Virus record (IMG/VR): IMGVR_UViG_3300028829_005164
Span: 1-33,821 of that record
Origin: a virus
Taxonomy: Duplodnaviria > Caudoviricetes
Strand: one strand, 5' to 3'
DNA: 33,821 nucleotides
Shown: piece after piece, positions 14,805 through 25,098 of the stretch
Position numbering within the stretch: position 1 is the first letter of the stretch
Layout: each line of letters begins with the position of its first letter
Translations under genes and position numbers: made by a program
Notes under the pieces: generated by a model
Seen by the model: only the letters and a program-made list of their open reading frames with translations
The model's database searches: none
Told to the model about the DNA's origin: nothing

Positions 14805-16054
14805 AGAAAATAACAATACCCTATAAGCCAAGAGAGTTACAAAAAGAAATACACAACTCGCTAAAAAGATTTAACGTATTAGTTTGTCATCGTAGGTTTG
14901 GTAAAACTGTACTCTGCATCAATGAGATGATTAAAAAATGTTTGCAGAACGAGTTACCTAACCCACGATACTACTATATTTCTCCAACGTATTCTATCTC
15001 CAAGAGAAACTGTTGGGATTATTTAAAACAGTACACTTCTGTCCTCCCAGATGTGCAGTACAACGAGACAGAGTTGCGATGCGATTTACCGAATGGTGGT
15101 CGTATCCAACTTCTCGGCTGTGAGCGACCAGACACTTTGCGTGGTTTATATATGGATGGTTGCGTTCTAGATGAGGTAGCACAAATGCCACCTCGTTTAT
15201 GGACAGAGATTGTTCGACCGGCTCTAGCAGATAGAAAAGGATGGATGATTAGTATCGGCACACCGACTGGCAGAAACAACTTCTGGCATATGTTTGATTA
15301 TGCACAACACAATGACTCGTGGCTTGCAAAATCATTTAAGGCTAGTGAAACAGGAATAGTTGAAGAAGAAGAACTGGCGGAAGCAAAACGTATGATGCCA
15401 CCAGAGATCTATGAAGCAGAATTTGAATGCTCGTTTGATAGTGCAGGGATAGGATCTATTTATTCTAAAAGCTTAGAGTTAGCCGAAGAACAGAATAGAA
15501 TAACAAAAGTACCTCATCAAACAAATGTCAAAGTTTCTACATTTTGGGATCTAGGCATGGCAGATAAAACTGCTATTTGGTTTGTTCAACAAGTTGGATC
15601 GGCAATACATTTAATAGATTACGAAGAGGAAAGCGGAGAAGGTTTAGAATACTACGCAGGAATGTTGCAGGATAAAGGCTATCTTTATGATACGCATTAT
15701 TTTCCGCATGATGCCAATGTCCGAGAGATTGGAACAGGGGTATCAAGAATAGAAACAGCACAGAGTTTAGGATTAGTAACATCAATTGTACCGAAGCTCT
15801 CGATAGATGATGGCATAAATGCGGTACGAATGATTTTAAGTCGCTGTTGGTTTGACCACGAAAAAACAAAATACGGATTAGATTGTTTACGACAATACCG
15901 ATGGGAAACAACCGACAAAGGGGAAGTTAAAAACAGACCAAGACACGACTTTACGAGTCATAGTGCAGATGCTTTTAGGTATCTTGCAGTAGGATTAAAC
16001 ACTTCGTCATCTTGGGGAAGTGAAATAAATTATCCGAATTTAGGAATTATGTAA
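14801..16054 (+). CDS. terL: Terminase large subunit
   Basis: Walker A HRRFGKT, Walker B VLDE, GTP coupling motif, nuclease WDLG and HSADAFRY. Confidence 0.95.
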   Translation: MKKITIPYKPRELQKEIHNSLKRFNVLVCHRRFGKTVLCINEMIKKCLQNELPNPRYYYISPTYSISKRNCWDYLKQYTSVLPDVQYNETELRCDLPNGGRIQLLGCERPDTLRGLYMDGCVLDEVAQMPPRLWTEIVRPALADRKGWMISIGTPTGRNNFWHMFDYAQHNDSWLAKSFKASETGIVEEEELAEAKRMMPPEIYEAEFECSFDSAGIGSIYSKSLELAEEQNRITKVPHQTNVKVSTFWDLGMADKTAIWFVQQVGSAIHLIDYEEESGEGLEYYAGMLQDKGYLYDTHYFPHDANVREIGTGVSRIETAQSLGLVTSIVPKLSIDDGINAVRMILSRCWFDHEKTKYGLDCLRQYRWETTDKGEVKNRPRHDFTSHSADAFRYLAVGLNTSSSWGSEINYPNLGIM

Positions 16055-18057
16055 TGGCAAAAATAACAAAAAGTAAATTATTGCAGGTAATATCACAGGA
16101 GGTACAAAACTCTTTGGGGTATTATTCTTCTGATTTAAGTGAGCAGAGAAGAAATGCACTTAAATATTATTTAGGAGAGCCATATGGCAATGAACAAGAA
16201 GGCAGAAGTGCTGTTGTTACACAAGAATTATTAGAAACAGTAGAGTCCGTATTACCAAGTTTAATGCGTATGTTCACTCAAAGTGATCGCATGGTACGAT
16301 TTGATCCTACAGAGCCAGAAGATACACAATTTGCAGAAGCTATTTCGCAATATTGTAATCATATTTTTAACAAAGATAACGATGGTTTTAGTATTTTATA
16401 TGATTTATTTAAAACTGCTTTGTTGCAAAAGAATGGCTTTTGTAAAATCTATTGGAGTACATCACAAGAACAGAGAAAAGAGAGTTATAAAGACTTAACC
16501 GAAGAAGAATACCAAATATTACTCCTTGATACAGAGGTTGAGATTGATGATGTTGAAGAAATTCCATCAGATGACACTCTTTTCCCTGTCAAATACAATG
16601 TTACAGTAAGACGAGTAAAAGATTTAGGCAGAGTTAAAGTAGAAAGCGTGCCACCAGAAGATATTTTGGTTTCCAAAAGAGCAACTTCGATGAAAGATTG
16701 TAATTTTATTGCTCATAGAGTCTATAAAACGAGATCAGAGTTAATTGATATGGGTTATGATGCAAAGATTGTTAATAATCTGCCTGTATCGGATGAAGAA
16801 GTATTTAATACCGAAGCTGTCACAAGAAGAAGTTATGATGATGCAACAACAGATCTAAATGTTAGTACATTAGATCCTTCACAAGCGGTCGTAAATGTAA
16901 CTGAATGTTACTTAAAAGTTGATTTTGATGGTGATGGTATAGCAGAACTTAGAAAAGTTACTGTTGGAGGTAATGGTTATAATAATTATGAATTATTAGA
17001 GAACGAAGAAATACCTTTTATGCCTTTAACAATGGTGAGAGCAATACCAATGCCTTATCGTTTCTTTGGTTTAAGTTTTTATGATTTGATTGCCGATATT
17101 CAAGCAGTTTCCTCTACGATATTAAGAAATACGCTTGATAATATGTATTTCCAAAATCACGCAAGAACATTGGTTGTCGAAAATCAAGCAAACTTAGATG
17201 ATCTATTACAAAGTAGAGCAGGGGGAATAGTAAGAGTTAAAAGTCCTAATGCTGTAACACCAATGCAAACACCAAACTTTCTTAATGAAGGTCTGGCAAT
17301 GCTAAATAAAATAGATGAAATAAAAGAACAACGTACAGGTGTTGCCAAGCAACAAATGGGTTTAAATCCAGATACAATAAACAAGTCGCATACAACCGCA
17401 ACGTCAACTAACCAAATGATGATGGCTCAAACACAACGTATTGAGTTGATTGCAAGAAACTTTGCCGAAGGAGTGAAAGATATTTTTAAAACAATGTTAG
17501 CTATTGTTTGTGAGTATCAAGATGCGGAAAGAATGATTAAAATTAATAATGATTTTGTGCCAATGAATCCTCGTCAATGGGTAAATCGGTATGATGTAAG
17601 TGTGCAAGTAGGTTTAGGAACAGGTAACGTAGATCAACGAACAGAAATTTTACAACGAGTTCTCGCTGTGCAAGAAAAAATGATCATGCAAGGCGGAATG
17701 AATATGGTGATGCCGCAAAATATATACAATACTCTTGAACAATATTTACAAAACTCAGGTTATAAAGACGCATCACCATTTTTTAATAACCCTAACAATC
17801 AACCTCCACAGCCAAAGGAACAAAAACCAGATCCTGCTCTGCAACTAGCACAACAAGATATTGAATTACGCAGACAAAAGGCAATGGCGGATCTTGAGCT
17901 GCAAAATAAAAAATTACAAATAGACTCTAATTTAAAAGCAAAAAAATTAGATCTTGATGAACAAAAATTAGCAACACAAGTGGTGAAAGATAACGATAGT
18001 TTAGATTTAGAAAAAGAAAAACTAGCAACAAAAATAGTACAGCAAGGATTGAACTAA
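16054..18057 (+). CDS. Portal protein (P22-like podovirus type)
   Basis: 667 aa directly after terL; YYLGEPYGNEQEGRS, ILRNTLDNMY motifs; C-terminal coiled coil. Confidence 0.9.
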   Translation: MAKITKSKLLQVISQEVQNSLGYYSSDLSEQRRNALKYYLGEPYGNEQEGRSAVVTQELLETVESVLPSLMRMFTQSDRMVRFDPTEPEDTQFAEAISQYCNHIFNKDNDGFSILYDLFKTALLQKNGFCKIYWSTSQEQRKESYKDLTEEEYQILLLDTEVEIDDVEEIPSDDTLFPVKYNVTVRRVKDLGRVKVESVPPEDILVSKRATSMKDCNFIAHRVYKTRSELIDMGYDAKIVNNLPVSDEEVFNTEAVTRRSYDDATTDLNVSTLDPSQAVVNVTECYLKVDFDGDGIAELRKVTVGGNGYNNYELLENEEIPFMPLTMVRAIPMPYRFFGLSFYDLIADIQAVSSTILRNTLDNMYFQNHARTLVVENQANLDDLLQSRAGGIVRVKSPNAVTPMQTPNFLNEGLAMLNKIDEIKEQRTGVAKQQMGLNPDTINKSHTTATSTNQMMMAQTQRIELIARNFAEGVKDIFKTMLAIVCEYQDAERMIKINNDFVPMNPRQWVNRYDVSVQVGLGTGNVDQRTEILQRVLAVQEKMIMQGGMNMVMPQNIYNTLEQYLQNSGYKDASPFFNNPNNQPPQPKEQKPDPALQLAQQDIELRRQKAMADLELQNKKLQIDSNLKAKKLDLDEQKLATQVVKDNDSLDLEKEKLATKIVQQGLN

Positions 18058-18914
18058 TGCAATTTATGAATTCAAAAAAGGCACAACAAATTATTAATGA
18101 TAATTTGGATAAACCTTATGCACCACCTCCTAGTCGTAATCCTATTTATGATTTACGAGAAGAAGGACAGGATTTTTATCCATTAAATCCTCCTGTAACG
18201 CCTGTTGTTGATGATCCTTGTCCAGAAGGATACCAATTAATCGATGGTGTGTGTCAACCAATAGAACAATTTAATCCAGAGACTAATTACGCAGATCAAA
18301 ATGATAATAGGGATAATGATGAAGTAGAAGAAAGACCTTATATGTCTATCGAAGATATGAAAAATGCAGATGATTTTGAATTATTATCATATTTATCTGA
18401 TGGAAGATTAGCAAATAGTAATCTTGGTTTTCTTCCAAGTAAACTAGGAGAAGAATTTTTTTTAAAAAAACCATTTCCTAACACTTTAACAATGGGATTG
18501 GGTTTACTCGGTCTTAATAATGAAAAAAATCGTAGAGATTTTATGATGAATGAATTGGCAAAAAGAGGTTACAACTTAGATACTCAACAAGGTCAGTTAG
18601 GACTTACGCAAGCTATGGGTATCATCAATAATGCACAATCTTCTAATTTAGGATTTACTCCAGAAGAAATTAATTATCAAATAGATGCAAAAAACCAAGC
18701 ACAAGATATAGTTAATCAAGGTGGTAATCCTTATGCAAATACAATGACACAACAACAAGTAATAGATAATGCAATTAATTCTGGAGCATCAAGTGTAAAT
18801 CCTTTTGAACAATTTGGAATAAATCAATCAACACCCTCAAATCAATCATCATATGCATTTAATAATATAACTAATCCTGCCGATGATTATGATGACGAAA
18901 GTTCGGGAATTTAA
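18057..18914 (+). CDS. Hypothetical protein in head module
   Basis: Coupled ORF; DPCPEGYQLIDGVCQP motif; Q/N-rich C-terminus. Confidence 0.7.
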   Translation: MQFMNSKKAQQIINDNLDKPYAPPPSRNPIYDLREEGQDFYPLNPPVTPVVDDPCPEGYQLIDGVCQPIEQFNPETNYADQNDNRDNDEVEERPYMSIEDMKNADDFELLSYLSDGRLANSNLGFLPSKLGEEFFLKKPFPNTLTMGLGLLGLNNEKNRRDFMMNELAKRGYNLDTQQGQLGLTQAMGIINNAQSSNLGFTPEEINYQIDAKNQAQDIVNQGGNPYANTMTQQQVIDNAINSGASSVNPFEQFGINQSTPSNQSSYAFNNITNPADDYDDESSGI

Positions 18915-19147
18915 TGACACCAGAACAAGAAAAACAACGATCAGAATTAGCAAAAAATATTTTAGAAAATCCAGTTTTTGTTGATGCCTGCAAACAAATA
19001 CAAAACGATTTATATGGTGAGTTTGTAAATTCACCTGCACGAGATTCCGAAGGTAGGGAAAAAATATATCTTATGAACAAGATGTTGAACGTACTCTTAG
19101 GGAATATTAAGTCCGTTATGGAAACGGATAAATTAAATAAACAATAA
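18914..19147 (+). CDS. Small conserved head-module protein
   Basis: A..ILENPVF...REKIY pattern; located between portal and scaffold. Confidence 0.7.
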   Translation: MTPEQEKQRSELAKNILENPVFVDACKQIQNDLYGEFVNSPARDSEGREKIYLMNKMLNVLLGNIKSVMETDKLNKQ

Positions 19148-19164
19148 AAATTTAAGGAGTTTTT

Positions 19165-20169
19165 ATGGCAGACAATCCAGAAATGGAATCTGTATCGAAA
19201 CCAACCAATTCTATACAGGAAACACAACAGGCTTTCGCCAACCTTATTAATACTGCAAGGAGCGAAGAGCCAAAACCAGAAGTAAAAGAAGCAACTCAAG
19301 ACAACCTAGTAATAGACAATGAATTGACTGCGGAAGATATTTCTGATGACGAATTAGTAATCAACGAAGAAACCAACGATCAAAAGAACGAGGAACTTTT
19401 TGATGTCAAAATAAATGGACAAAATCAAAAAGTCAGTCTTGAGGACTTGATGTCTGGTTACTCTAAAGGAGAAAACTATACCAAAAAGTCAATGGAACTT
19501 AGTGAAAAACGAAGATCATTAGATACGGAGTATGACACAGTTTCCAAAGACAAAGAAGCAGTAAAAAAAATGCGAGAAGAATACGCAGAAAAACTTAGAG
19601 TCGTAGAAAGCAATCTACAAACAGATGATGACATTGATTGGGTACAACTTGCTCAAGATGATCCTTCTGATTATGCAGTTAAAAAAGCCGAATATGATCG
19701 GAAAAAAGAATTGCAAAATCAAGTGGCTGTTGAAAGACAGAAACTAAATGAAGTGAAAAAGAAAGAGCAAGAACAAGTCTATAATAATTTTATTCAACAA
19801 GAACAAGTAAAGCTTGTTGAGAAAATTCCTGCATTTGGTGATGAAAAAAAAGCACCAGTTATAATGGAGGAGTTAAGAAGATTTGCGAATGGTCAAGGGT
19901 ATACAGATCAAGAGATAAATATGATTGTCGATCACCGAGCGGTGATAACATTATATAATGCTTATCGGTATAACAAAGCACTAGAGCGTAAAGGACTTGT
20001 TGACAAAAAAGTTAAACCATCAAATCGAGTGTTATCGTCAGATGCGAAGAATAGCATTTCTACAGACGATAAGAGGTTGCGTGTTGATAATCGTATGAAA
20101 AAATTACAAAAATCAGGTAGTGTGAAAGACGCACAGAAGGTGTTGTCTGCCATGTTATCTAATAATTAA
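19165..20169 (+). CDS. Capsid scaffolding protein
   Basis: Acidic N-terminus, VKINGQNQKVSLEDL..GY....NYTKK, coiled coil, C-terminal KSGSVKDA; AAGGAG SD. Confidence 0.85.
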   Translation: MADNPEMESVSKPTNSIQETQQAFANLINTARSEEPKPEVKEATQDNLVIDNELTAEDISDDELVINEETNDQKNEELFDVKINGQNQKVSLEDLMSGYSKGENYTKKSMELSEKRRSLDTEYDTVSKDKEAVKKMREEYAEKLRVVESNLQTDDDIDWVQLAQDDPSDYAVKKAEYDRKKELQNQVAVERQKLNEVKKKEQEQVYNNFIQQEQVKLVEKIPAFGDEKKAPVIMEELRRFANGQGYTDQEINMIVDHRAVITLYNAYRYNKALERKGLVDKKVKPSNRVLSSDAKNSISTDDKRLRVDNRMKKLQKSGSVKDAQKVLSAMLSNN

Positions 20170-20183
20170 TCGGAGATTAAAAT

Positions 20184-21410
20184 ATGGCACAGCCATCAGG
20201 AACTTTTGATACTTACGATGCAATTGGTATAAAAGAAGATCTAGCGGACGTAATCTATTAAGTGATAGTAGCTTTACAGTCTTAAAAAGCTGTAAAAGAA
20301 AATTCGGTAAACTCGGTGAAACTCCCTAGCGGACAATACCGAGCCAATCTATATAATTAAAGTGATATAGCAGGTGTAACGACTAGGAATTGACGAAAGA
20401 ATAATATTCCCACGAAAACCGAACTCGAAAGAGATGATATAGTCTGAACTGCATAGCAATATGCAGAAGTAATAATTAAAAAAATTACGATAACATTATT
20501 GAACATAAGTCCAACAGAAACACCTTTTATGACAAATGCCGCAAAAGGTACAGCAACTAACACTCTTCACGAGTGGCAAACAGATGGGTTAAGAGCGGCG
20601 GCTAATAACCATCAAGTTGAAGGAGACGATTACGCAGGAACAACACAAATTCCAACAGATCGTCTAAACAACAGAACACAAATTTCAGCAGAAGCAGTTA
20701 TCATATCTGGTACAGATAGATCGGTTGACAATGCAGGAAGAGGTGATGAATTAGCATATGCTCTCGCTAAAATTGGAAAAAGCATTAAGAGAGATATGGA
20801 AGTAGGAATGGTAGGAGTCGAGCAGGCTAAGGTTACAGGCTCTTCTTCTGCGGCTAGAAAATCAGCATCCGTTGGAACATGGTATGGCGGTAAAATCGCA
20901 GGTACAGGATCTGGCGGTACTAACGCATTGAACTTTTCTACAAACGGATCACCTTCGGCAAGTCCCGCAGGTACAGGTGCTACTGCAATTGCAGGTGGTA
21001 CAAATCGTGCTTATACAGAAACACTTCTTAAAGCAGGTTTGAAAAAAGCATACGAACTAGGTGGAACACCAGATACAGTTCTTATGTCACCATCAAATAA
21101 AGTATTAGCTTCTGCTTTTTCTGGCGTAGCAACACAATACAAAAACGCAGATGACATGACTGTTATCGGTGCTGTTGATGTGTATGTAAGTGATTTCGGA
21201 GAAGTCAGTTTTATTCCAGACAGACACGCTATGGATACTAGAGTGGACATTTTACAAATGGATACTTGGGAAGTTGCATTCCTAAGACCTTTTGAAACGC
21301 AAGACCTAGCAAAAACAGGTGATAGTGATAAAAGATTACTATTAACTGAATGGACTCTAGTTTGTCGTTCACCAAATGCCAACTATGGTATTTTCAACTT
21401 AAACAGCTAA
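20184..21410 (+). CDS. Major capsid protein (DUF5309/SU10-like), join(20184..20258,20502..21410), 327 aa
   Basis: GGAG SD and ATG 20184; exon 1 MAQPSGTFDTYDAIGIKEDLADVIY joins in frame to NISPTETPF, restoring the family motif EDLxDxIYNISPTxTPF; HEWQTD, N.TQI, LAKTGDSDK motifs. Confidence 0.92.
20259..20501 (+). ncRNA. Group I self-splicing intron, 243 nt, no ORF
   Basis: Exon ends in U, intron ends in G; P1 CUAU/GUAG with U-G pair; P2 TTTACAG/CTGTAAA; P3 TTCGGT(20303)/ACCGAA(20418); P4 CTCGGT(20312)/ACCGAG(20338); P7 GACTA(20381)/TAGTC(20440); P8 CTC-GAAA-GAG; P9 CTGCATA-GCAA-TATGCAG. Confidence 0.93.
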
Positions 21411-21423
21411 CATTAATTTATAC

Positions 21424-21446
21424 GGAGGGGGTTTTTCCCCCTCCTT
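21424..21446 (+). terminator. Hairpin terminator after capsid gene
   Basis: GGAGGGGG/CCCCCTCC perfect 8-bp stem, short T tail. Confidence 0.65.
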
Positions 21447-21469
21447 AACTAATAAACAGAGGAACAAGA

Positions 21470-21706
21470 ATGTCAGAAGTTTTTAAAGAAGGTGTTAAAA
21501 AATATTCTATGCCAAAAACTTTAAAGATGCACAACAGAAGTCAAAACAATATGGATATTTCACGAGGTAGTGGAAAGAAACAAAGTAAGACAACTTCTGG
21601 TGGTGATCGTAAAATGAAGATTGGTTATAGACCAGATGGAGATCAAGGTTTAGCGATGCAAGACTCCGTAGATAAAATGATTGCAAAAGCAATCAAGAAT
21701 GTATGA
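21470..21706 (+). CDS. Hypothetical protein
   Basis: GAGGA SD; ATGA coupling to next gene. Confidence 0.65.
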   Translation: MSEVFKEGVKKYSMPKTLKMHNRSQNNMDISRGSGKKQSKTTSGGDRKMKIGYRPDGDQGLAMQDSVDKMIAKAIKNV

Positions 21707-22044
21707 CGAAAAAAATTGATTTTACAGGGAATGAATTTTCTCCTGTCAAAACAAGAATGCACATTGATTCTAGCGAAGGCAAGTATCATGTGGAGAATAC
21801 ACAAGATGTATCACGCATTTTAGAGCGTAATAAGATTGAGCGAAATGCAGGACTATATAAAGTTGACGGAATGCAAGATGCAAAGATGTATAAGATTGCA
21901 TCACTACCATTAATTACAGTTCAGCAATTAGCAAAAAAAGGGATTATGACAATGAGCGGTCAGTTACGAGATCGTAAAAAGTTTTTTCAATGGTTAAATG
22001 ATCCAGAAAATGAAAAATTTAAAATTTATCCGAAGAAAGTATAA
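21703..22044 (+). CDS. Conserved head-associated protein
   Basis: TQDVSRILE, IASLP, WLNDPEN..F motifs typical of the gene after the capsid in this phage type. Confidence 0.75.
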   Translation: MTKKIDFTGNEFSPVKTRMHIDSSEGKYHVENTQDVSRILERNKIERNAGLYKVDGMQDAKMYKIASLPLITVQQLAKKGIMTMSGQLRDRKKFFQWLNDPENEKFKIYPKKV

Positions 22045-22674
22045 ATGGCACTAGATACCTACAATGAATTAAAACTAGAGATAGCAAGTTTTTTAAATCG
22101 TGATGATTTATCAAGTCAACTTGATACCTTTATTGATTTAGCGGAAACACGCCACGCCAGAGATTTGCGTATTCGTGAAATGGAAGCTGTTGATACATCT
22201 ATTACAACTGTTGCAGGTACACAGGAATATAATTTGCCAGATGGATATTTAGAATTGCGATATGCAATGTTACAAACATCACCATATACAACGCTACAAT
22301 ATATGTCTCCGACAGATTTCTTTCGTGTGTATAATGCAGGTGCAGGAAATGGATTGCCTGTGTATTATACAATTATAGGTAAAAAAATAAATTTAGGTCA
22401 TGTTCCAGATGATGCTAATGTATTAGAACTTGGATTTTTTAAAAGAGCAACAGCTCTATCAACAACAAATACAACAAACGATATATTAACAAATTTTCCA
22501 GATTTATATTTATATGGTGCTTTAGCAGAAACGTCTCCGTTTTTAATGCAAGATGAACGTTTGGCAGTATGGTCATCATTATATAAAGAAGGAGTAAAAA
22601 CAGCAAACGAGTCAGCACAGAGAGGTCGAGTATCCTCTGCTCCTCTGCAAATGTCAGCTAGTAGAGTTGTATGA
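22045..22674 (+). CDS. Head-tail adaptor protein
   Basis: MALDTYNELK..IA.FLNRDDL...FIDLAE, LPDGYLE, PDLYLYGAL motifs. Confidence 0.8.
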   Translation: MALDTYNELKLEIASFLNRDDLSSQLDTFIDLAETRHARDLRIREMEAVDTSITTVAGTQEYNLPDGYLELRYAMLQTSPYTTLQYMSPTDFFRVYNAGAGNGLPVYYTIIGKKINLGHVPDDANVLELGFFKRATALSTTNTTNDILTNFPDLYLYGALAETSPFLMQDERLAVWSSLYKEGVKTANESAQRGRVSSAPLQMSASRVV

Positions 22675-24161
22675 TCGAGTTTGGACAACTGTTAGCAGAT
22701 TTGCCTACACTAAAAAATGGTGGTGCAACAAAAGTTGATAATGTTATACCTTTAGCAAAAGGATACAAAAGCATTCCTAGTTTTACTGCATTAAGTGGAA
22801 CAGGATTAACGAATACACCTTGTGGTTTATTTACAAGTTTTTCTTCTTCTGGCACAACTAACTATGCAGGTGATAATGGAAAATTGTACCAGATGAATAA
22901 TTCATTAGTTTTTATTGATAAATCAAAATCTGGTGGTTACAACGGATCAACAACAGCAGGTAGTAGAGATTTTTGGAGTATAACGCAATTTGGATCAAAC
23001 ATTATTGCATCAAATGGTGCAGATAATATTCAAAAATTTGAAGAAGGTGTGGATAGTGCTTTTTCAGATCTTGTTAGTATTAAAGCAAAATACCTTGCTA
23101 TTATAAGAGACTTTGTTTTTGCAGGTTATACAACAGAGTCTAGCACAGTTTATAACCAAAGAGTTAAGTGGTCTGGATTAAATGACAGTTCAACTTGGAC
23201 TCCAAACCAAGCTACACAATCTGGTTTTCAAGATATAGTTGGAAGTCATGGATCAGTTCAAGCAATTGTAGGTGGTGAGAGTTTTGGTATTATCTTTATG
23301 GAGAGAGCAATTTATAGAGCCGATTATATTGGTACTCCATTAATATTTTCTTTTTCAAAGATAGCAGACAACATAGGTGCTTTTGCTCCTCGTTCTGTTG
23401 CATCTTTTGGAAATCAAATATTTTTCTTAGCACAAGATGGATTTTATAAATTAGAAGGTGGACAAAAACTTACACCAATTGGAAATGGTAAAGTTGATGA
23501 ATTTCTCTTTAGAGATATAACATCAAATGCACCAGAGGGTATTACAAGTGCAATAGATCCAAACAATAGTATTGTTGTCTGGTCATATCGTGGTGATGGT
23601 GCAACAGGGACAGGTTTTGTTAATAATAAATTATTAATTTATAATTTTGCTACCGATAAATGGTCAACAGGTAGTGGACAGGATTTAACATTTATTGCGA
23701 GTGCATCACAAGAAGCTTTTAATACTTTAGAGAGTTTAGATATACTTGGCACATTAGATGGCTTGCCTAGATCACTTGATAGTTTTTTTTATGATGAAGG
23801 AGTTATTGGTCTTGCAGGATTTAATGAAGATAAAAAATTTGGAAAATTCTTAGGTGCATCATTATCCGCAACTGTTGATACAGCAGAGTTTGAAGGTGCA
23901 GACGGAAAAAGAAGTACATTAATAAATGCGATACCCATTGTTGATGCAAACGGAGAAAACACAACGATAACAGTAACCCCACTTCATCGTTCTTCACAAG
24001 CTAATCAAGTTTCAGTTGGTACAGCAGTTACACAAAATACTTCTGGTAATTGTCCTCTGCGTACTACCGATCGTTATCATCGCTTGCGGATAAGTGTAAA
24101 TGGTAATTTTACTAATATGTTAGGTGTCGATATAGATGCTAGACCAGAAGGTCGAAGGTAA
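22671..24161 (+). CDS. Tail nozzle / DNA stabilization protein (P22 gp10-like)
   Basis: 496-aa beta-rich protein after adaptor; RVKWSG, IGAFAPRS, FFLAQDGFY motifs. Confidence 0.75.
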   Translation: MIEFGQLLADLPTLKNGGATKVDNVIPLAKGYKSIPSFTALSGTGLTNTPCGLFTSFSSSGTTNYAGDNGKLYQMNNSLVFIDKSKSGGYNGSTTAGSRDFWSITQFGSNIIASNGADNIQKFEEGVDSAFSDLVSIKAKYLAIIRDFVFAGYTTESSTVYNQRVKWSGLNDSSTWTPNQATQSGFQDIVGSHGSVQAIVGGESFGIIFMERAIYRADYIGTPLIFSFSKIADNIGAFAPRSVASFGNQIFFLAQDGFYKLEGGQKLTPIGNGKVDEFLFRDITSNAPEGITSAIDPNNSIVVWSYRGDGATGTGFVNNKLLIYNFATDKWSTGSGQDLTFIASASQEAFNTLESLDILGTLDGLPRSLDSFFYDEGVIGLAGFNEDKKFGKFLGASLSATVDTAEFEGADGKRSTLINAIPIVDANGENTTITVTPLHRSSQANQVSVGTAVTQNTSGNCPLRTTDRYHRLRISVNGNFTNMLGVDIDARPEGRR

Positions 24162-24379
24162 TGAAAAGAAATTACTCTAAAGAATATAGAGAATACCATA
24201 GTAAAAAAAAACAAATTAAAAATAGAAGCTCTAGAAATAAAGCTAGAAAAATTATGAGAGAAGTTTTTGGAAGTAAATTAAAAGGAAAAGATGTTCATCA
24301 TAAAGACGGAAATCCATTAAATAATTCTAAAAAAAATTTAAAAGTTACTTCTAAAAAATACAATAGGGGAAAAAAATAA
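24161..24379 (+). CDS. Small HNH endonuclease
   Basis: DVHHKDGNPLNNSKKNL...NR HNH motif; very basic and A-rich. Confidence 0.85.
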   Translation: MKRNYSKEYREYHSKKKQIKNRSSRNKARKIMREVFGSKLKGKDVHHKDGNPLNNSKKNLKVTSKKYNRGKK

Positions 24380-24705
24380 TGGCAAATCAATTTCTTAATG
24401 TGCCATTATCAATGCCAGACCAAGCACAGCACTTACGATTAGTCAGTACGACTTTAAATAATGTGATGGATGGAAAAATAAATAGTACAGGAAGTGTAAC
24501 ACTAACTGCTTCTAATACGACAACTACATTAACAGATGCTCGTATTGGTGGTGATAGTGTTATTGTATTTATGCCTATTACTTCTAATGGTGCAACAGCA
24601 TTTCAAAATCTGTTTGTATCAGCACGCACAAGTGGATCAGCAACTTTAACTCATGCGAGTTCTAGTAATGCGGATCAAAACTTTGTGTACGCTGTTATTG
24701 GATGA
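24379..24705 (+). CDS. Small virion/tail protein
   Basis: Thr/Ser-rich beta protein coupled within the tail operon. Confidence 0.65.
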   Translation: MANQFLNVPLSMPDQAQHLRLVSTTLNNVMDGKINSTGSVTLTASNTTTTLTDARIGGDSVIVFMPITSNGATAFQNLFVSARTSGSATLTHASSSNADQNFVYAVIG

Positions 24706-25091
24706 TTTGTCATATACCAAAAAAAGATATTGATTTTGTCTGGAAGGATTGCAAACCTTTTTTAGAAAAAGCTTTGGATGATACATACAGTATCGATGAT
24801 GTTTACACGAATTTACAAAAAGATTTATTTCAACTTTGGATAAGTTGGCAAGGTGGCGTGGAGTGTGCAGTTATAACAGAAATGGCACAGTATCCACAAA
24901 AGAAAATACTACGATACTTTCTCGCAGGAGGAAAAAATTTAGGTCAATGGTTGACCGAGATACAAGAGCGAATAGAAAAATTTGCAAAACGTAATGGTTG
25001 TGATGCTGTGGAAGTTGCAGGTCGCAAAGGGTGGATTAAAAAACTAAAGGGTTACAGTTCACCTGTTTTTATAATTAGAAAAGAAATATGA
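24702..25091 (+). CDS. GNAT-fold-like virion assembly protein
   Basis: AVITE...YP.KK.L...LAGG, FAK..GC..VE..GRKGW motifs; precedes ejection genes. Confidence 0.65.
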   Translation: MICHIPKKDIDFVWKDCKPFLEKALDDTYSIDDVYTNLQKDLFQLWISWQGGVECAVITEMAQYPQKKILRYFLAGGKNLGQWLTEIQERIEKFAKRNGCDAVEVAGRKGWIKKLKGYSSPVFIIRKEI

Positions 25092-25098
25092 GAATATA

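Noticed and set aside
20499-20501. TTG start for the capsid ORF
   Set aside because: These are the last three intron bases; the real start is ATG 20184 with an SD
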